DNA of 61,092 nt from Gemmatimonadota bacterium (GCA_039590195.1 JBDHFY010000001.1:1-61092); one strand, 5' to 3'; shown: positions 46,430 through 57,126, counted from the first letter of the stretch. Numbers and translations: made by a program. Notes: generated by a model not told the origin, from the letters alone.

Positions 46430-46552
46430 GGCGCGCCAACGTCGAACGGCGAGAGACTGACCGGAACACCCGCAGCTGGGGCGGAACCGGCGGGGACCGC
46501 AAGTTCCGGTTTGCGAAGACTGCAATTCCCTTGCGGTTCGGCAGGTCTGGCT

Positions 46553-47287
46553 CTAAGGCGATACCGTAACAGCCGGTGCAGCCCACATCCACAACGCCGT
46601 CAATCCTACCTTGAAGATCACCCACAGTCCTGCCACAATGGCCAACGGACCTGCGAGGCCCTCGCTCTTGAGTTTGATCTTGTTTCCGAGGGCGACCAGG
46701 CAGACGGTCCAGGCCCCGAAGACCGTGAGCCCGTTTGCCAATCGGAAGAAGAACGGGTGTGCGTCGCGGTCAAAGAGGAATCCCAACGAACTGCTTGTCG
46801 TCGACGAGGTGAGTATTACTACACCAAGGGTCACGAGGCTACCCAATGCCTGAACCATGAACGAATGGGCGACAATGGCGAGCTCGTCCTTGAACCGGAG
46901 CGGCGTTGGCGCCGCGGTGGAGTAGACCACCTGCAGGACGACGGTGATGGTGAGAAGGGTGATGATGCCGGCCCCGGCGTTCATGGCGAAGACGAGCATC
47001 CGGTTGGTCGGGCCCGCCGCTTCGGCTAGGGCCTCGGCCCGGTCATCGGGCGAGAGGCGTTCGTCCGTTCTCTGTTCGATGGCGGCGATTACCCTCTGGG
47101 CGCCGGCCGAGAGCACATCGTCGGGTGTGAGGAAGGCAGTCATGAAGGCGACGGCCACGGTCATGAGAATGGGCACGGCCGCCCGCGGCCGCTCGGCCAG
47201 TTGGGAGAAGACGCGTCCTGGCTCGTCGAACACCCGAAACGCGAGCCATACGGGACCCTTCATGTCGGAGCTCAATGAGCGAGCCAT
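46553..47287 (-). CDS. Yip1-like multi-pass membrane protein
   Basis: P.RVF..L.ERP N-terminal motif and about five TM segments; start 47287 or 47263. Confidence 0.65.
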   Translation of the reverse strand: MARSLSSDMKGPVWLAFRVFDEPGRVFSQLAERPRAAVPILMTVAVAFMTAFLTPDDVLSAGAQRVIAAIEQRTDERLSPDDRAEALAEAAGPTNRMLVFAMNAGAGIITLLTITVVLQVVYSTAAPTPLRFKDELAIVAHSFMVQALGSLVTLGVVILTSSTTSSSLGFLFDRDAHPFFFRLANGLTVFGAWTVCLVALGNKIKLKSEGLAGPLAIVAGLWVIFKVGLTALWMWAAPAVTVSP

Positions 47288-47408
47288 CTTGGGGTAAGGG
47301 GCTGTGGCCGGGTGGACCGCACAGCGGCATCGGCCCCCCGGTGCTCTGGTGGGTTGGCTGGGCCGGTACTCCGCCCGCATCCAGCGGTTGCTCGGCGCTG
47401 CCTCAAGG

Positions 47409-47969
47409 TTAGAGCCTGGGCAGCGTCACCCCCTGCTGGGCCTGGTACTTCCCCTTTTTGTCCGCGTATGAAGTCTCGCAGACATCGTCGGGGTCCGCTT
47501 CGAAGAAGAGAACCTGGGCGATTCCTTCATTGGCGTAGATCTTGGCCGGCAGAGGGGTGGTGTTGGAGATCTCCAGCGTCACGTATCCCTCCCACTCCGG
47601 TTCGAAGGGTGTGACGTTCGTGATAATGCCGCACCGGGCGTAAGTGCTCTTGCCGACGCAGATGGTCAACACATTGCGGGGGATCCGGAAGTACTCTACG
47701 GAGCGGGCCAGCACGAAAGAGTTCGGGGGCACGATGCAAACGTCCCCCTTGAACTCCACGAAGGATTTGTCATCGAATTCCTTCGGATCGACGACAGGCG
47801 AGTGGACGTTGGTGAAGATCCGAAACTCGTCCGCGACCCGCATGTCATACCCGTAGGACGATAAACCGTAACTGATGGCGCCGGAGCGGACCTGGGAGTG
47901 CTCGAAGGGCTCGATCATTCCTTGTTCGAGAGCCTGTTGGCGGATCCAGCGGTCTGACTTGATCGACAT
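47409..47969 (-). CDS. dcd: dCTP deaminase
   Basis: [50 protein letters not shown]. Confidence 0.97.
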   Translation of the reverse strand: MSIKSDRWIRQQALEQGMIEPFEHSQVRSGAISYGLSSYGYDMRVADEFRIFTNVHSPVVDPKEFDDKSFVEFKGDVCIVPPNSFVLARSVEYFRIPRNVLTICVGKSTYARCGIITNVTPFEPEWEGYVTLEISNTTPLPAKIYANEGIAQVLFFEADPDDVCETSYADKKGKYQAQQGVTLPRL

Positions 47970-48122
47970 AGTGCCTGTGTGTGTCCCTTCTGGTGCGCCC
48001 GGCGGGGCCATTCAGATGTCCGATGGCGGTTGGAGATAGCGCGCGAAATCGCATCCCTCGCCTGGGGACGCGGTGCGGACGTAAAGATACGTATCGTGGG
48101 TGGTTACGCCACTGGTGTTTGC

Positions 48123-48152
48123 TTGACACTGGGTCGACACCCTAGGTAAGTT
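48123..48152 (+). promoter_or_regulatory. Sigma70-type promoter of the nuo operon
   Basis: TTGACA (48123-48128) - 18 nt - TAAGTT (48147-48152). Confidence 0.5.
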
Positions 48153-48167
48153 CAATCCCCGAGAGTA

Positions 48168-48183
48168 CGTGAAATTTTTCACG
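48168..48183. promoter_or_regulatory. Palindromic operator, Rex-like
   Basis: CGTGAAA-TT-TTTCACG, between the promoter and the nuoA start. Confidence 0.65.
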
Positions 48184-48197
48184 AGCGCATCGAGGCA

Positions 48198-48554
48198 ATG
48201 CTCTTTCAATACGTCCCGCTCCTCCTGCTCATCGGGTTCGTCGTTGCCGCGGCGATCGGCATGTTGGTGTTGTCGCATCTGGTATCACCCTACCGGCCGA
48301 CTTCCATCAAAGGGATCCCCTACGAATCTGGGATGCCCCCCCTCGGGAGCACCACGGAGCGGTTCAGTGTGAAGTTCTACCTCGTGGCTATGCTCTTCAT
48401 CGTGTTCGACATCGAAACCGTGTTTATGATCCCTTGGGGCGTGGCGTTCCGGAAGCTGGGCCTCTTCGGGTTGGTTGAGATGGTCGTGTTCATACTCATC
48501 CTCCTCGTGGGTTACATCTACGCTTGGAAGAGAGGGGCACTCGAATGGGACTAG
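48198..48554 (+). CDS. nuoA: NADH-quinone oxidoreductase subunit A
   Basis: [29 protein letters not shown]. Confidence 0.97.
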   Translation: MLFQYVPLLLLIGFVVAAAIGMLVLSHLVSPYRPTSIKGIPYESGMPPLGSTTERFSVKFYLVAMLFIVFDIETVFMIPWGVAFRKLGLFGLVEMVVFILILLVGYIYAWKRGALEWD

Positions 48555-49177
48555 ACCACAGAGACGACGCCAAGGGTGCAGCAGGCGGCCTGTCCCTCGT
48601 CTCCCAGGTCTCACCGAACTGGGTGACCACAAGCCTGGATTTCATGGTCAATTGGGCACGGTCGAATTCGCTGTGGCCGATGCCCTTCGGCACTGCTTGC
48701 TGTGCCATCGAGTTCATGGCCACGGCGGCGAGCCGGTTTGACCTGGCGCGGTTCGGTATGGAGCGCTTGAGCTTCTCCCCGCGGCAGGCTGACGTGCTCC
48801 TTTGTGCCGGTCGGTTGCCGTTCAAGCTTGCGCCCGTGATCCGGCGGATCTACGACCAGATGCCCCAGCCCAAGTGGGTGATCTCGATGGGGGCGTGTGC
48901 GTCCAGCGGCGGCATTTTTGACACGTACGCCATGGTCCAGGGCATCGATACGGTCCTCCCGGTTGATGTGTATGTGCCGGGGTGTCCCCCCCGTCCAGAG
49001 GGCTTGTTGTACGGCATCTTGATGCTTCAGAAGAAGGTGCGCGGTGAGAAGCTCGCCGACACTTCGTTGCGGCAGGAGCAACTCTTGGACGACCGAGGGC
49101 TGCGGATGTCCCCTCAATTAGTGGACGAGTTGTCGGAACCGTTCGGCAATTCCGTTCACCAGACCCGCTCAGCGTAG
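48545..49177 (+). CDS. nuoB: NADH-quinone oxidoreductase subunit B
   Basis: [32 protein letters not shown]. Confidence 0.97.
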   Translation: MGLDHRDDAKGAAGGLSLVSQVSPNWVTTSLDFMVNWARSNSLWPMPFGTACCAIEFMATAASRFDLARFGMERLSFSPRQADVLLCAGRLPFKLAPVIRRIYDQMPQPKWVISMGACASSGGIFDTYAMVQGIDTVLPVDVYVPGCPPRPEGLLYGILMLQKKVRGEKLADTSLRQEQLLDDRGLRMSPQLVDELSEPFGNSVHQTRSA

Positions 49178-49187
49178 CGGCTCCCCA

Positions 49188-49811
49188 GTGAACCCGTCTG
49201 TCGATGTGCTCCGGCGCCAATTCGGCGGTGCGGTTCATCGAGCCCTCGTTACCTGTGGCGACACCATTGTGTACGTCGACGTCCAACGGCTCCGTGATAT
49301 CCTCGGATTTCTCAAGGACACCGCTGGCGAGGAATACGACTACCTCGTCGATGTCACGGCGGTGGAGTATCGGGATATGGAGCGGCCGCTCGAGGTCGTG
49401 TACGAGCTCTATTCCCTGAGTCGTCACGCCCAGCTGCGAGTGAAGGCGGAACTCGACAAGAACGCCGACTTGGCGGTGGATTCGGTTGTCTCGTTGTGGC
49501 AGGGGGCCAATTGGCTGGAGCGTGAAGTGTACGACATGTTCGGGATCACGTTCCGTGACCATCCCGATCTGCGGCGGATTCTGATGTGGGAGACCTACGC
49601 TGAGGGACATCCGCTCCGGAAGGATTTTCCGCTCCGAGGGCGGTTTTCGCGCGCCGAGCAGGTGCGCCAGGCGCTCAACGCCAGTCCGGAGTCGCACTAC
49701 TCGATGGAGGAGCTTTCCGTCGCTGATGCCTACTACGAACTGCCGGCCGACATGCGGGAGCGCCTCTTGAGAGGCAAGCGCGCTGAAATTCCTGACCCCG
49801 AGGCCCCGTAG
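49188..49811 (+). CDS. nuoC: NADH-quinone oxidoreductase subunit C
   Basis: ANWLEREVYDMFGITF..HPDLRRIL, GHPLRKDFP. Confidence 0.96.
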   Translation: MNPSVDVLRRQFGGAVHRALVTCGDTIVYVDVQRLRDILGFLKDTAGEEYDYLVDVTAVEYRDMERPLEVVYELYSLSRHAQLRVKAELDKNADLAVDSVVSLWQGANWLEREVYDMFGITFRDHPDLRRILMWETYAEGHPLRKDFPLRGRFSRAEQVRQALNASPESHYSMEELSVADAYYELPADMRERLLRGKRAEIPDPEAP

Positions 49812-49816
49812 CGGCT

Positions 49817-51124
49817 ATGGATGCGAAGCGCACGGTTGAGCTCGACCTTGCCACACCGGGCGTGGACCACGCCGGCGAGGTTGTACGGTTCCCCGTCGGC
49901 GTGACTGAGTCCGGCGCGAGTGGGATCCTCGCCCCGGCCGACAAGGAGCCGGATCTCGGCGGCGATCACATGCTCGTCAACATGGGGCCACAGCATCCCG
50001 CCACGCACGGAGTGCTCCGGCTCGTGGTGGAGTTGGACGGCGAGGTGGTCCTCCGCGTCATCCCTCATGTCGGCTATCTCCACACGGGATTTGAGAAGCT
50101 TGGCGAGTATCGGCACTACAACCAGATCGTGCCGTTGACCGATCGCATGGACTACCTCGCACCGATGTCAAACAATGTTTTATTGGCGCTTGCTGCAGAG
50201 AAGTTGATGGGGATCGAGATCACGGAGCGGTGTAAGGTGTTGCGCGTGATCGCGTGCGAGATGAGCCGCATCATTTCCCACCTGGTGTGGGTTGGTACTA
50301 CGGGAGTCGATATTGGCGCGTTCACGCCGTTTCTGTGGTCGTTTCAGCAACGCGAGCTCGTGTACAATCTTCAGGAGATGTGGACGGGTGCGCGGTTGAC
50401 GACCAGTCTTACGCGTGTCGGTGGCCTGATGGCGGATATCCCGGATGGGTTTGAAGAGGGACTCCGGGACTTCTGCAAGACCTTCCCCGATACCCTGGAC
50501 GAGGTCGACCGGATGCTCACGCACAACGGCATCTGGTGCGGTCGCACGCAAGACATCGGGGTGCTGAGTGCCGAGGAAGCGATCAACTACTCCCTTTCGG
50601 GTCCGATGTTGCGCGCGAGCGGCGTGTCGTATGACGTCAGGAAAGACCGGCCGTATCTCGACTACGAGACGTATGACTTCGAGATACCGGTCGGCGAGCA
50701 TGGGGACGTGTATGACCGCTACATCTGCCGGATGGAGGAGATTCGACAATCGGTACGGATACTCGAGCAAGCCTTGGATCGCCTCCCTGATGGTCCAATC
50801 AACGTCGACGATCCGCGGGTCGTGCTTCCTCCGAAGGAAGCGGCGATGAGCGACATGGAGGCCATGATCTTCCATTTCAAGCAGGTCATGGAAGGTGTTC
50901 GGGCGCCGATCGGTGAGGTCTACATGCCCATCGAGTCTCCGAAGGGTGAGCTCGGGTATTACTTCGTATCCGATGGAACGGCGAAGCCAGTGCGCTTCAG
51001 AGTGCGGCCCCCGGCATTCATTAACCTCTCCGCCCTGCCGAAGATGGCCGAGGGGCATCTCTTGTCCGACTTGATTGCTATCAACGCGAGCATGGACATT
51101 GTGATGGGCGAGGTCGACCGCTGA
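49817..51124 (+). CDS. nuoD: NADH-quinone oxidoreductase subunit D
   Basis: NMGPQHPATHGVLR, GYLH, DRMDY, ESPKGELG, DIVMGEVDR. Confidence 0.97.
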   Translation: MDAKRTVELDLATPGVDHAGEVVRFPVGVTESGASGILAPADKEPDLGGDHMLVNMGPQHPATHGVLRLVVELDGEVVLRVIPHVGYLHTGFEKLGEYRHYNQIVPLTDRMDYLAPMSNNVLLALAAEKLMGIEITERCKVLRVIACEMSRIISHLVWVGTTGVDIGAFTPFLWSFQQRELVYNLQEMWTGARLTTSLTRVGGLMADIPDGFEEGLRDFCKTFPDTLDEVDRMLTHNGIWCGRTQDIGVLSAEEAINYSLSGPMLRASGVSYDVRKDRPYLDYETYDFEIPVGEHGDVYDRYICRMEEIRQSVRILEQALDRLPDGPINVDDPRVVLPPKEAAMSDMEAMIFHFKQVMEGVRAPIGEVYMPIESPKGELGYYFVSDGTAKPVRFRVRPPAFINLSALPKMAEGHLLSDLIAINASMDIVMGEVDR

Positions 51125-51169
51125 GCATTGCGGCGCCTTGGAACATCGGGTCGACGGGTTGGAGGACTA

Positions 51170-51664
51170 ATGCAACACACCACTGAATACACGCCGGTCT
51201 TTACTGGAGAACACCGCAAGCGGCTCGATGAGATACTCCAGCGGTATCCCACGAAACGCGCTGCGCTGCTGCCCGCCATTTGGATCGTGCAGGAGACGAA
51301 CGGCTGGGTTTCAGATGAAGCGATGGCGGAGGTCGCCGAGGTTCTTGCCCTGACGCCGGCCTATGTGAAGGGCGTGGTGACGTTCTATACGATGTACCAC
51401 CAACATCCGGTGGGCAAGACGTTTGTACAAATATGCACGACCACACCGTGTAACCTGTGCGGGGCGGAGGATGTGGTCGCCGCATTTCTTCAACACGCCG
51501 GATGTGAGGAGCTGGGGGCCACGTCACCGGATGGCAAATTCACGGTGATCGAGGTGGAGTGCCTTGGCGCCTGCGGTTTCGCCACCCCGGTCATGATGAA
51601 CGATGATTTCATCGAGGACGTGACTGCAGAGAAAGTACCAGATCTCGTGAAGCAGTATTCCTGA
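51170..51664 (+). CDS. nuoE: NADH-quinone oxidoreductase subunit E
   Basis: VVTFYTMY, CTTTPC, ECLGAC; GGAGG RBS before ATG 51170. Confidence 0.96.
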   Translation: MQHTTEYTPVFTGEHRKRLDEILQRYPTKRAALLPAIWIVQETNGWVSDEAMAEVAEVLALTPAYVKGVVTFYTMYHQHPVGKTFVQICTTTPCNLCGAEDVVAAFLQHAGCEELGATSPDGKFTVIEVECLGACGFATPVMMNDDFIEDVTAEKVPDLVKQYS

Positions 51665-51697
51665 CTTCGCCGTGAGCACGAAATAGCAGGGACGCCT

Positions 51698-53005
51698 ATG
51701 GGTTATCCGCACAAGTCGCACGGCAAGGAAACGGTGGTCTTGAGCCAGTACTTCGGCGATCCCGAGGCCCGTTCACACGCTGGATGGGTCAAGCGGGGAG
51801 GCTACAAGGCGCTCGAGAATGCGCTGTCGATGGAACCGGCTGAGATCATTGACGTCGTCAAGGCATCAGGTTTGCGAGGCCGTGGTGGGGCGGGTTTTCC
51901 TGCGGGGTTGAAATGGTCTTTCATGCCGAAGGAGAAGAAAAAACCGCATTATCTGTGCTGTAACGCAGACGAGTCCGAGCCGGGCACATTCAAAGATCGC
52001 GAGATCATGCGATGGACCCCACATGCCCTGATCGAGGGATGTGCCATCGCCCAGTACGCCATTCAGGCGGAAATCACTTACATCTATATTCGTGGTGAAT
52101 TCACCGAACCACTGCGCATCATGCAAGCGGCCATCGACGAGGCGTACGATCAGGGCGTGCTGGGTCCGAATGCCATGGGATCGGGCAAGCGGTTGGACAT
52201 GTACATTCATCGCGGAGCGGGTGCCTACATCTGCGGCGAAGAAACTGCGTTGATGAACTCCATCGAGGGGCGCCGGGGCAATCCTCGAATCCGTCCTCCG
52301 TTTCCAGCCGCCTCCGGCGTGTTTGGAAATCCCACGACCATCAACAACGTCGAGACACTTACGGCGGTGTCCCATATTCTCAACCGGGGTGCCGGCTGGT
52401 ACAAAGATCTCTCCCTCTCAAACCCGAAGAGCACGGGCACGAAACTGCTCAGCGTGTGCGGCCACGTGCAGAAGCCCGGCAATTATGAGGTCACAATGGG
52501 TTTTCCTCTTGGAGAACTGCTTCACGACCTCGCTGGGGGCATGCGGCCGGGCCGAATGCTCAAGGCTTGTGCGCCCGGTGGCTCATCGGTGCCGTTGTTG
52601 AACAAGGAAGAAACCGAAGAATGTCTGCTCGACTATGAGGGTTGCGTGGAGAAAGGAACCATGCTGGGGTCGGGTGGCGTGATCGTGTACGACGACAGCG
52701 CGGACATGGTGTACCAGGCCATGCGGCTTGCCAAATTCTATGCCCATGAATCCTGTGCTCAATGCACCCAATGCAGAGAGGGAACGGCGTGGACCGTGCG
52801 GATCTTGGAGCGCATTTTGGCAGGGGAGGGGACGGTGAAGGACTTGGATCTGCTCTTGGACCTGAGTAGGGAGATGACCGGACGGACGATCTGCGTCCTG
52901 AGCGATTCCTGTGCTGCCGTGGTGGTGAGCAGCATCGAGAAATTCCATGACGAGTTTGAAGCGTATATCAATGGCAAGAAGGCGCCGGCGATCGCGAAGG
53001 TGTGA
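51698..53005 (+). CDS. nuoF: NADH-quinone oxidoreductase subunit F
   Basis: GLRGRGGAGFP, NADESEPGTFKDR, GAGAYICGEETAL, ESCAQCTQCREG. Confidence 0.97.
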   Translation: MGYPHKSHGKETVVLSQYFGDPEARSHAGWVKRGGYKALENALSMEPAEIIDVVKASGLRGRGGAGFPAGLKWSFMPKEKKKPHYLCCNADESEPGTFKDREIMRWTPHALIEGCAIAQYAIQAEITYIYIRGEFTEPLRIMQAAIDEAYDQGVLGPNAMGSGKRLDMYIHRGAGAYICGEETALMNSIEGRRGNPRIRPPFPAASGVFGNPTTINNVETLTAVSHILNRGAGWYKDLSLSNPKSTGTKLLSVCGHVQKPGNYEVTMGFPLGELLHDLAGGMRPGRMLKACAPGGSSVPLLNKEETEECLLDYEGCVEKGTMLGSGGVIVYDDSADMVYQAMRLAKFYAHESCAQCTQCREGTAWTVRILERILAGEGTVKDLDLLLDLSREMTGRTICVLSDSCAAVVVSSIEKFHDEFEAYINGKKAPAIAKV

Positions 53006-53010
53006 GGCGG

Positions 53011-54591
53011 ATGGCTGATCAAGCACTTGTCACGCTGACAATTGATGGGGTGGAGGTGAGCGTTCCGAAAGGAACGAGCATTCTCGAAGCGGCAAAGAGG
53101 GCAGGCGTGGTGATCCCCCATTACTGCTACCATCCGGGCCTTCCCGTAGCTGGCGTGTGCCGGATGTGTCTCGTCGAGGTCGAGAAGGCGCCGAAGCTCC
53201 AGATCGCCTGCGCGACGCCGGTGGCCGAAGATCAGGTCGTACACGTCTTCAGTGAGGAGGCGCTCAAAGCTCGCAAGGGCGTGCTCGAATTCCTGCTGAT
53301 CAACCACCCGCTCGACTGCCCGATCTGCGATCAGGCCGGCGAATGCGAGCTGCAAGATTACGTCTTCCAAGAGGGTCAGGCCCGGACCAGGTACGGAGAG
53401 TTCGCCAAGCGTTTCAATCCCGTAGAAGATTTTGGCGAAGACGTGCTGTACGTGCCGAACCGATGCATCCTGTGCACCAGGTGCGTGCGATTCATGGATC
53501 ACCTGGCGGACGATGCAGTCCTGAACGTGAGCGAGCGGGGCGACCGTGCCTTCATCGGGGTGCACCCGGATCGCAAGCTGGACCACTCGTGGGCAGGCAA
53601 TGTGGTGGACCTCTGTCCGGTCGGATCCCTGATTTCCAAAGATTTCCTGCACAGAGCACGGGCGTGGGAGATCGACAAGGCGGCAAGCATCTGCACCGGC
53701 TGCTCGCAGGGCTGCAACATCAACATCGACACGCGGACGGATATCGTCGTGCGCGTGCGGCCGCGAGCCAACCTGGAAGTAAACCGCTTTTTCATTTGCG
53801 ATCACGGGCGGCGGCATTATCGGTGGATGAACCGCGGCGACCGCATCGAGGCGCCGCTGCTGCCCACCGACGGCGGGTTGGCGGCTACCGATTGGGATCA
53901 TGCGTTGCACGAAGCGGCGAGGGTCGTCCGAGGTTCGGGCGGTCGGGCCGTAGTGCTGGTGTCCCCGAATACCTCGAATGAGGCGCTTTACCTGGCGAAA
54001 CGCCTGCTGGAGGGTTTCGACACTCAAAGTGCTTTCCGGGTCGAGCGCACGGAAAACGAAACTCCCCTTCCGGGCGTGGAGAACTTGGCCCTGCGAACTG
54101 AGCGGGCGGCCAACGTGGCAGGTGCGCTGGCGTTGGGTTACGCGGAGGAGTTCGAGGCGGCCGTCGCCACGCTGGCCGACGCCTCACTGGTACTGGTGGT
54201 GGACGAGCCGCTGGACGGCGTGGCGCTGTCTGCGCTCGAGCATACGAATGTCATTTACCTGGGTACCGCGCTGCCTGAGAGCGCTCGCGGAGCCAAGGTC
54301 GTGCTGCCCATCGCCAATGTAGCGGAGGGAGACGGCTCCTTCGTGAATCGTGACCGACGGATCCAGCGGTATGCACAGGCAAAAACATCCCCCGGGATGG
54401 CGCGTCCTGCATGGTGGGTTCTCGGGGAGTTATTGCGTGAACTTGATCGAGGTGAACCATTGTTCAGCGCGGGGGAGGCGTTCGACCTGCTCGCCAGCGC
54501 CGAGGCTGTGTTCAGCGGCATGTCGTACGAAAACCTCGGTGCAACCGGCCGAGTGATGGTTGAGGCCGGGGAGGTCGGAGCGAAGGCATGA
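53011..54591 (+). CDS. nuoG: NADH-quinone oxidoreductase subunit G (short form)
   Basis: CYH..L...G.CRMC, HPLDCPICDQAGEC, CILCTRC, CTGCSQGC...C. Confidence 0.93.
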   Translation: MADQALVTLTIDGVEVSVPKGTSILEAAKRAGVVIPHYCYHPGLPVAGVCRMCLVEVEKAPKLQIACATPVAEDQVVHVFSEEALKARKGVLEFLLINHPLDCPICDQAGECELQDYVFQEGQARTRYGEFAKRFNPVEDFGEDVLYVPNRCILCTRCVRFMDHLADDAVLNVSERGDRAFIGVHPDRKLDHSWAGNVVDLCPVGSLISKDFLHRARAWEIDKAASICTGCSQGCNINIDTRTDIVVRVRPRANLEVNRFFICDHGRRHYRWMNRGDRIEAPLLPTDGGLAATDWDHALHEAARVVRGSGGRAVVLVSPNTSNEALYLAKRLLEGFDTQSAFRVERTENETPLPGVENLALRTERAANVAGALALGYAEEFEAAVATLADASLVLVVDEPLDGVALSALEHTNVIYLGTALPESARGAKVVLPIANVAEGDGSFVNRDRRIQRYAQAKTSPGMARPAWWVLGELLRELDRGEPLFSAGEAFDLLASAEAVFSGMSYENLGATGRVMVEAGEVGAKA

Positions 54592-55805
54592 CGCCGGAGA
54601 TCAAAGGACTCCTCCTGCTCGCGGTCATCAAGATCGCGGTGGTCTTCGGGGTCATCATGCTCGGTGTGGCGCTGGAGACCTGGGCGGAGCGACGCGTCGC
54701 GGCGTGGAAACAGGACCGGCTCGGCCCCAACCGCGTGGGGCCAGAGGGGTTGCTGCAGCCCGTAGCAGACGGGCTCAAGAACCTCGTGAAGGAGGAGACG
54801 GCGCCGCCGCAGGCGAGTCGACTGCTTTTTTTGCTCGCGCCGGCGATGTCGTTTGTCCCGGCGATGATAGCGTTTGCCGTCGTTCCGTTTGCCGCACCGC
54901 TGCCGGTCGACTTCGATTTCAGCCTGCCGCTCCTAGGCCGGTTTGTCCATGTGGGACCGATGCCCATGATCGTTGCCGATCTGCCGGTGGGCTTTCTGTT
55001 CATTCTCGCCATCACGAGCGTCAGCGTCTATGGCATCGTGCTCGCGGGCTGGTCGTCGGGGAGCAAGTACTCGCTGCTCGGCGGCCTGCGGGCCAGCGCG
55101 CAGATGATCAGCTATGAAATCCCGATGGGGCTGAGCATCGTCGTCGTGCTCATTCTGGTGGGCAACGTCACGCTCTCTCAGGTGGTGACAGTCCAGCAGG
55201 AGTCGGTGTGGTTCGTCTTCGCCATTACGCTCAGCTTCCTGTTTTTCATGGTGAGCGCGCTTGCCGAGACGAACCGCCTACCGTTTGATTTGCCGGAGAC
55301 GGAGTCTGAGCTCGTAGCGGGCTATCACACTGAATACAGCTCGATGAAATTCGCGATGTTCTTCATGGCGGAGTACGCGAACATTATCACCGGGGCGGCG
55401 CTCATCGTGACGCTGTTTTTCGGTGGCTGGGATATCCCGTTCACGGCGTGGGACGAGGGCGACCCAACAGTGCTCAAGTCCCTGGCCACCCTGCTGACCT
55501 TCGTCGTCAAGACCGCGTTCTTCATCTACGTGTACATATGGATTCGCTGGACGCTGCCGCGGTTCCGGTTCGATCAACTCATGCAACTTGGCTGGAAGTT
55601 CATGCTGCCCACGATGCTCGGATACATCGTGGCCATTGCGACGATGGTCTGGATCCTCGGCCTCGACACGCAGACGAGTTTCACGGCCGGCCACGGCCTG
55701 ATCATGTTCGCCGTCAATCTGGTGTTCCTATATGGGGTGTTCTGGATACTCGACCGGGGGCGGCTGCTCACCGGGTCGGCGGCACACCGCAGGGTGAGGA
55801 CCTGA
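54588..55805 (+). CDS. nuoH: NADH-quinone oxidoreductase subunit H
   Basis: ERR..A..QDRLGPNRVG, ADGLK, KYSLLGGLR, AETNRLPFDLPE, RWTLPRFRFDQ. Confidence 0.97.
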   Translation: MTPEIKGLLLLAVIKIAVVFGVIMLGVALETWAERRVAAWKQDRLGPNRVGPEGLLQPVADGLKNLVKEETAPPQASRLLFLLAPAMSFVPAMIAFAVVPFAAPLPVDFDFSLPLLGRFVHVGPMPMIVADLPVGFLFILAITSVSVYGIVLAGWSSGSKYSLLGGLRASAQMISYEIPMGLSIVVVLILVGNVTLSQVVTVQQESVWFVFAITLSFLFFMVSALAETNRLPFDLPETESELVAGYHTEYSSMKFAMFFMAEYANIITGAALIVTLFFGGWDIPFTAWDEGDPTVLKSLATLLTFVVKTAFFIYVYIWIRWTLPRFRFDQLMQLGWKFMLPTMLGYIVAIATMVWILGLDTQTSFTAGHGLIMFAVNLVFLYGVFWILDRGRLLTGSAAHRRVRT

Positions 55806-56311
55806 TGGCTATCACTGTCAAGACGATGAAGCGCGCGGACCGCGAAGTGAGTTATCTCCGGGCGGCGTTGAAGGGGATGGCGCTTACGTTCCAACACCTC
55901 CTGCGACCGAAAGTCACGATGAAGTACCCGGAGCAGAAATCCACTTCGGATTGGCATATCTCTGACCGTTGGCGTGGCACTCACCGAATGCTGACTGACG
56001 AAGGAGGACGCGCGAAATGTGTCGCGTGTGGTCTGTGTCCACAGATCTGCCCTGCCAACTGCATCAAGCTGGTTCCGGGCGAGGACGAGGAAGGGAATCG
56101 GTATCCCCTCATTTACGAGATCGATGAGTTTCGCTGCATCTTCTGTGGATACTGTCAAGAGGTTTGCCCGGAAGAGGCGATTCACGTGGGTGTGCATTAC
56201 GAGAACGCAGAGTATCAACGCGAACGCTTCGTGTACGATCTCGAGCGGTTGTGTTCACAGACACACCCGGTGTCCACCCTGTGGGACCCGTCGGATCCCA
56301 AGGGACAGTAG
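55805..56311 (+). CDS. nuoI: NADH-quinone oxidoreductase subunit I
   Basis: CVACGLCPQICP and CIFCGYCQEVCP. Confidence 0.96.
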   Translation: MAITVKTMKRADREVSYLRAALKGMALTFQHLLRPKVTMKYPEQKSTSDWHISDRWRGTHRMLTDEGGRAKCVACGLCPQICPANCIKLVPGEDEEGNRYPLIYEIDEFRCIFCGYCQEVCPEEAIHVGVHYENAEYQRERFVYDLERLCSQTHPVSTLWDPSDPKGQ

Positions 56312-56314
56312 ACC

Positions 56315-56830
56315 ATGACCGAAATGTTCTTTTGGCTGTGCTCGGGGGCCGCGATCGCATCAGCCGTGTTGTGCGTGACGCGGCGGAGTCCGGTAGCGAG
56401 CGCACTCTGGCTCGTCATGACGCTGGTATCCATTGCGGCGATCTATGTGCTGCTCGACGCGCATTTTATCGCCGCGATGCAGGTGCTCGTATACGCGGGT
56501 GCCATCATGGTGTTGTTCCTTTTCGTCATCATGCTGCTGAATCTCGGGAGGACCCAGGCGACGGACATGCGGGGATGGCCGGGACGGCTCGTGGCCCTGT
56601 CGCTTGCCTTAGTCCTCGTGGTGGAATTGTGGGCCGTGAGGAACATCCTGCCGAGCGTTGACCTGCGGCTTCCGGCCGGTGAGATGGATCGCCTGACATC
56701 TGAACAGGGTGCCATTGCGATGGTGGCAGAGCCGCTGTTCCGAACGTACCTCGTACCGTTCGAGATCACGTCGGTGCTTCTGCTTGCCGCAATGGTGGGT
56801 GCAGTGGTGCTCGCCAAGAGGAGGCTCTGA
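56315..56830 (+). CDS. nuoJ: NADH-quinone oxidoreductase subunit J
   Basis: [33 protein letters not shown]. Confidence 0.96.
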   Translation: MTEMFFWLCSGAAIASAVLCVTRRSPVASALWLVMTLVSIAAIYVLLDAHFIAAMQVLVYAGAIMVLFLFVIMLLNLGRTQATDMRGWPGRLVALSLALVLVVELWAVRNILPSVDLRLPAGEMDRLTSEQGAIAMVAEPLFRTYLVPFEITSVLLLAAMVGAVVLAKRRL

Positions 56831-57126
56831 TGTTGCTTGGCCCTGCGCTGGGTGTGTCGGCCATCCTGTTCAGCATTGGCGTATTGGGTGTGCTGCTGCG
56901 CCGGAATGCGATCATTATCTTCATGTGTGTTGAGCTGATGCTCAACGCCGTCAATCTCACCTTCGTGGCGCTGGCGCAGCAACTTGGCCCTGACGGACAG
57001 GTGTTTGTCTTCTTCGTGATGGCGGTGGCGGCGGCGGAGGCGACGGTGGGGTTAGCTATCGTGCTAGCCATCTACCGTCACAAAGAAACGGTGAATCTGC
57101 AAACACTCAACCTGCTACGTGGATGA
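56830..57126 (+). CDS. nuoK: NADH-quinone oxidoreductase subunit K
   Basis: RRN....[21 protein letters not shown]. Confidence 0.96.
   Translation: MLLGPALGVSAILFSIGVLGVLLRRNAIIIFMCVELMLNAVNLTFVALAQQLGPDGQVFVFFVMAVAAAEATVGLAIVLAIYRHKETVNLQTLNLLRG

Noticed and set aside
46470-46510. ACCGGAAC...GTTCCGGT inverted repeat between convergent genes
   Set aside because: Only an 8-bp GC-rich stem with no promoter or U-tract; it may aid termination but does not support a separate element.
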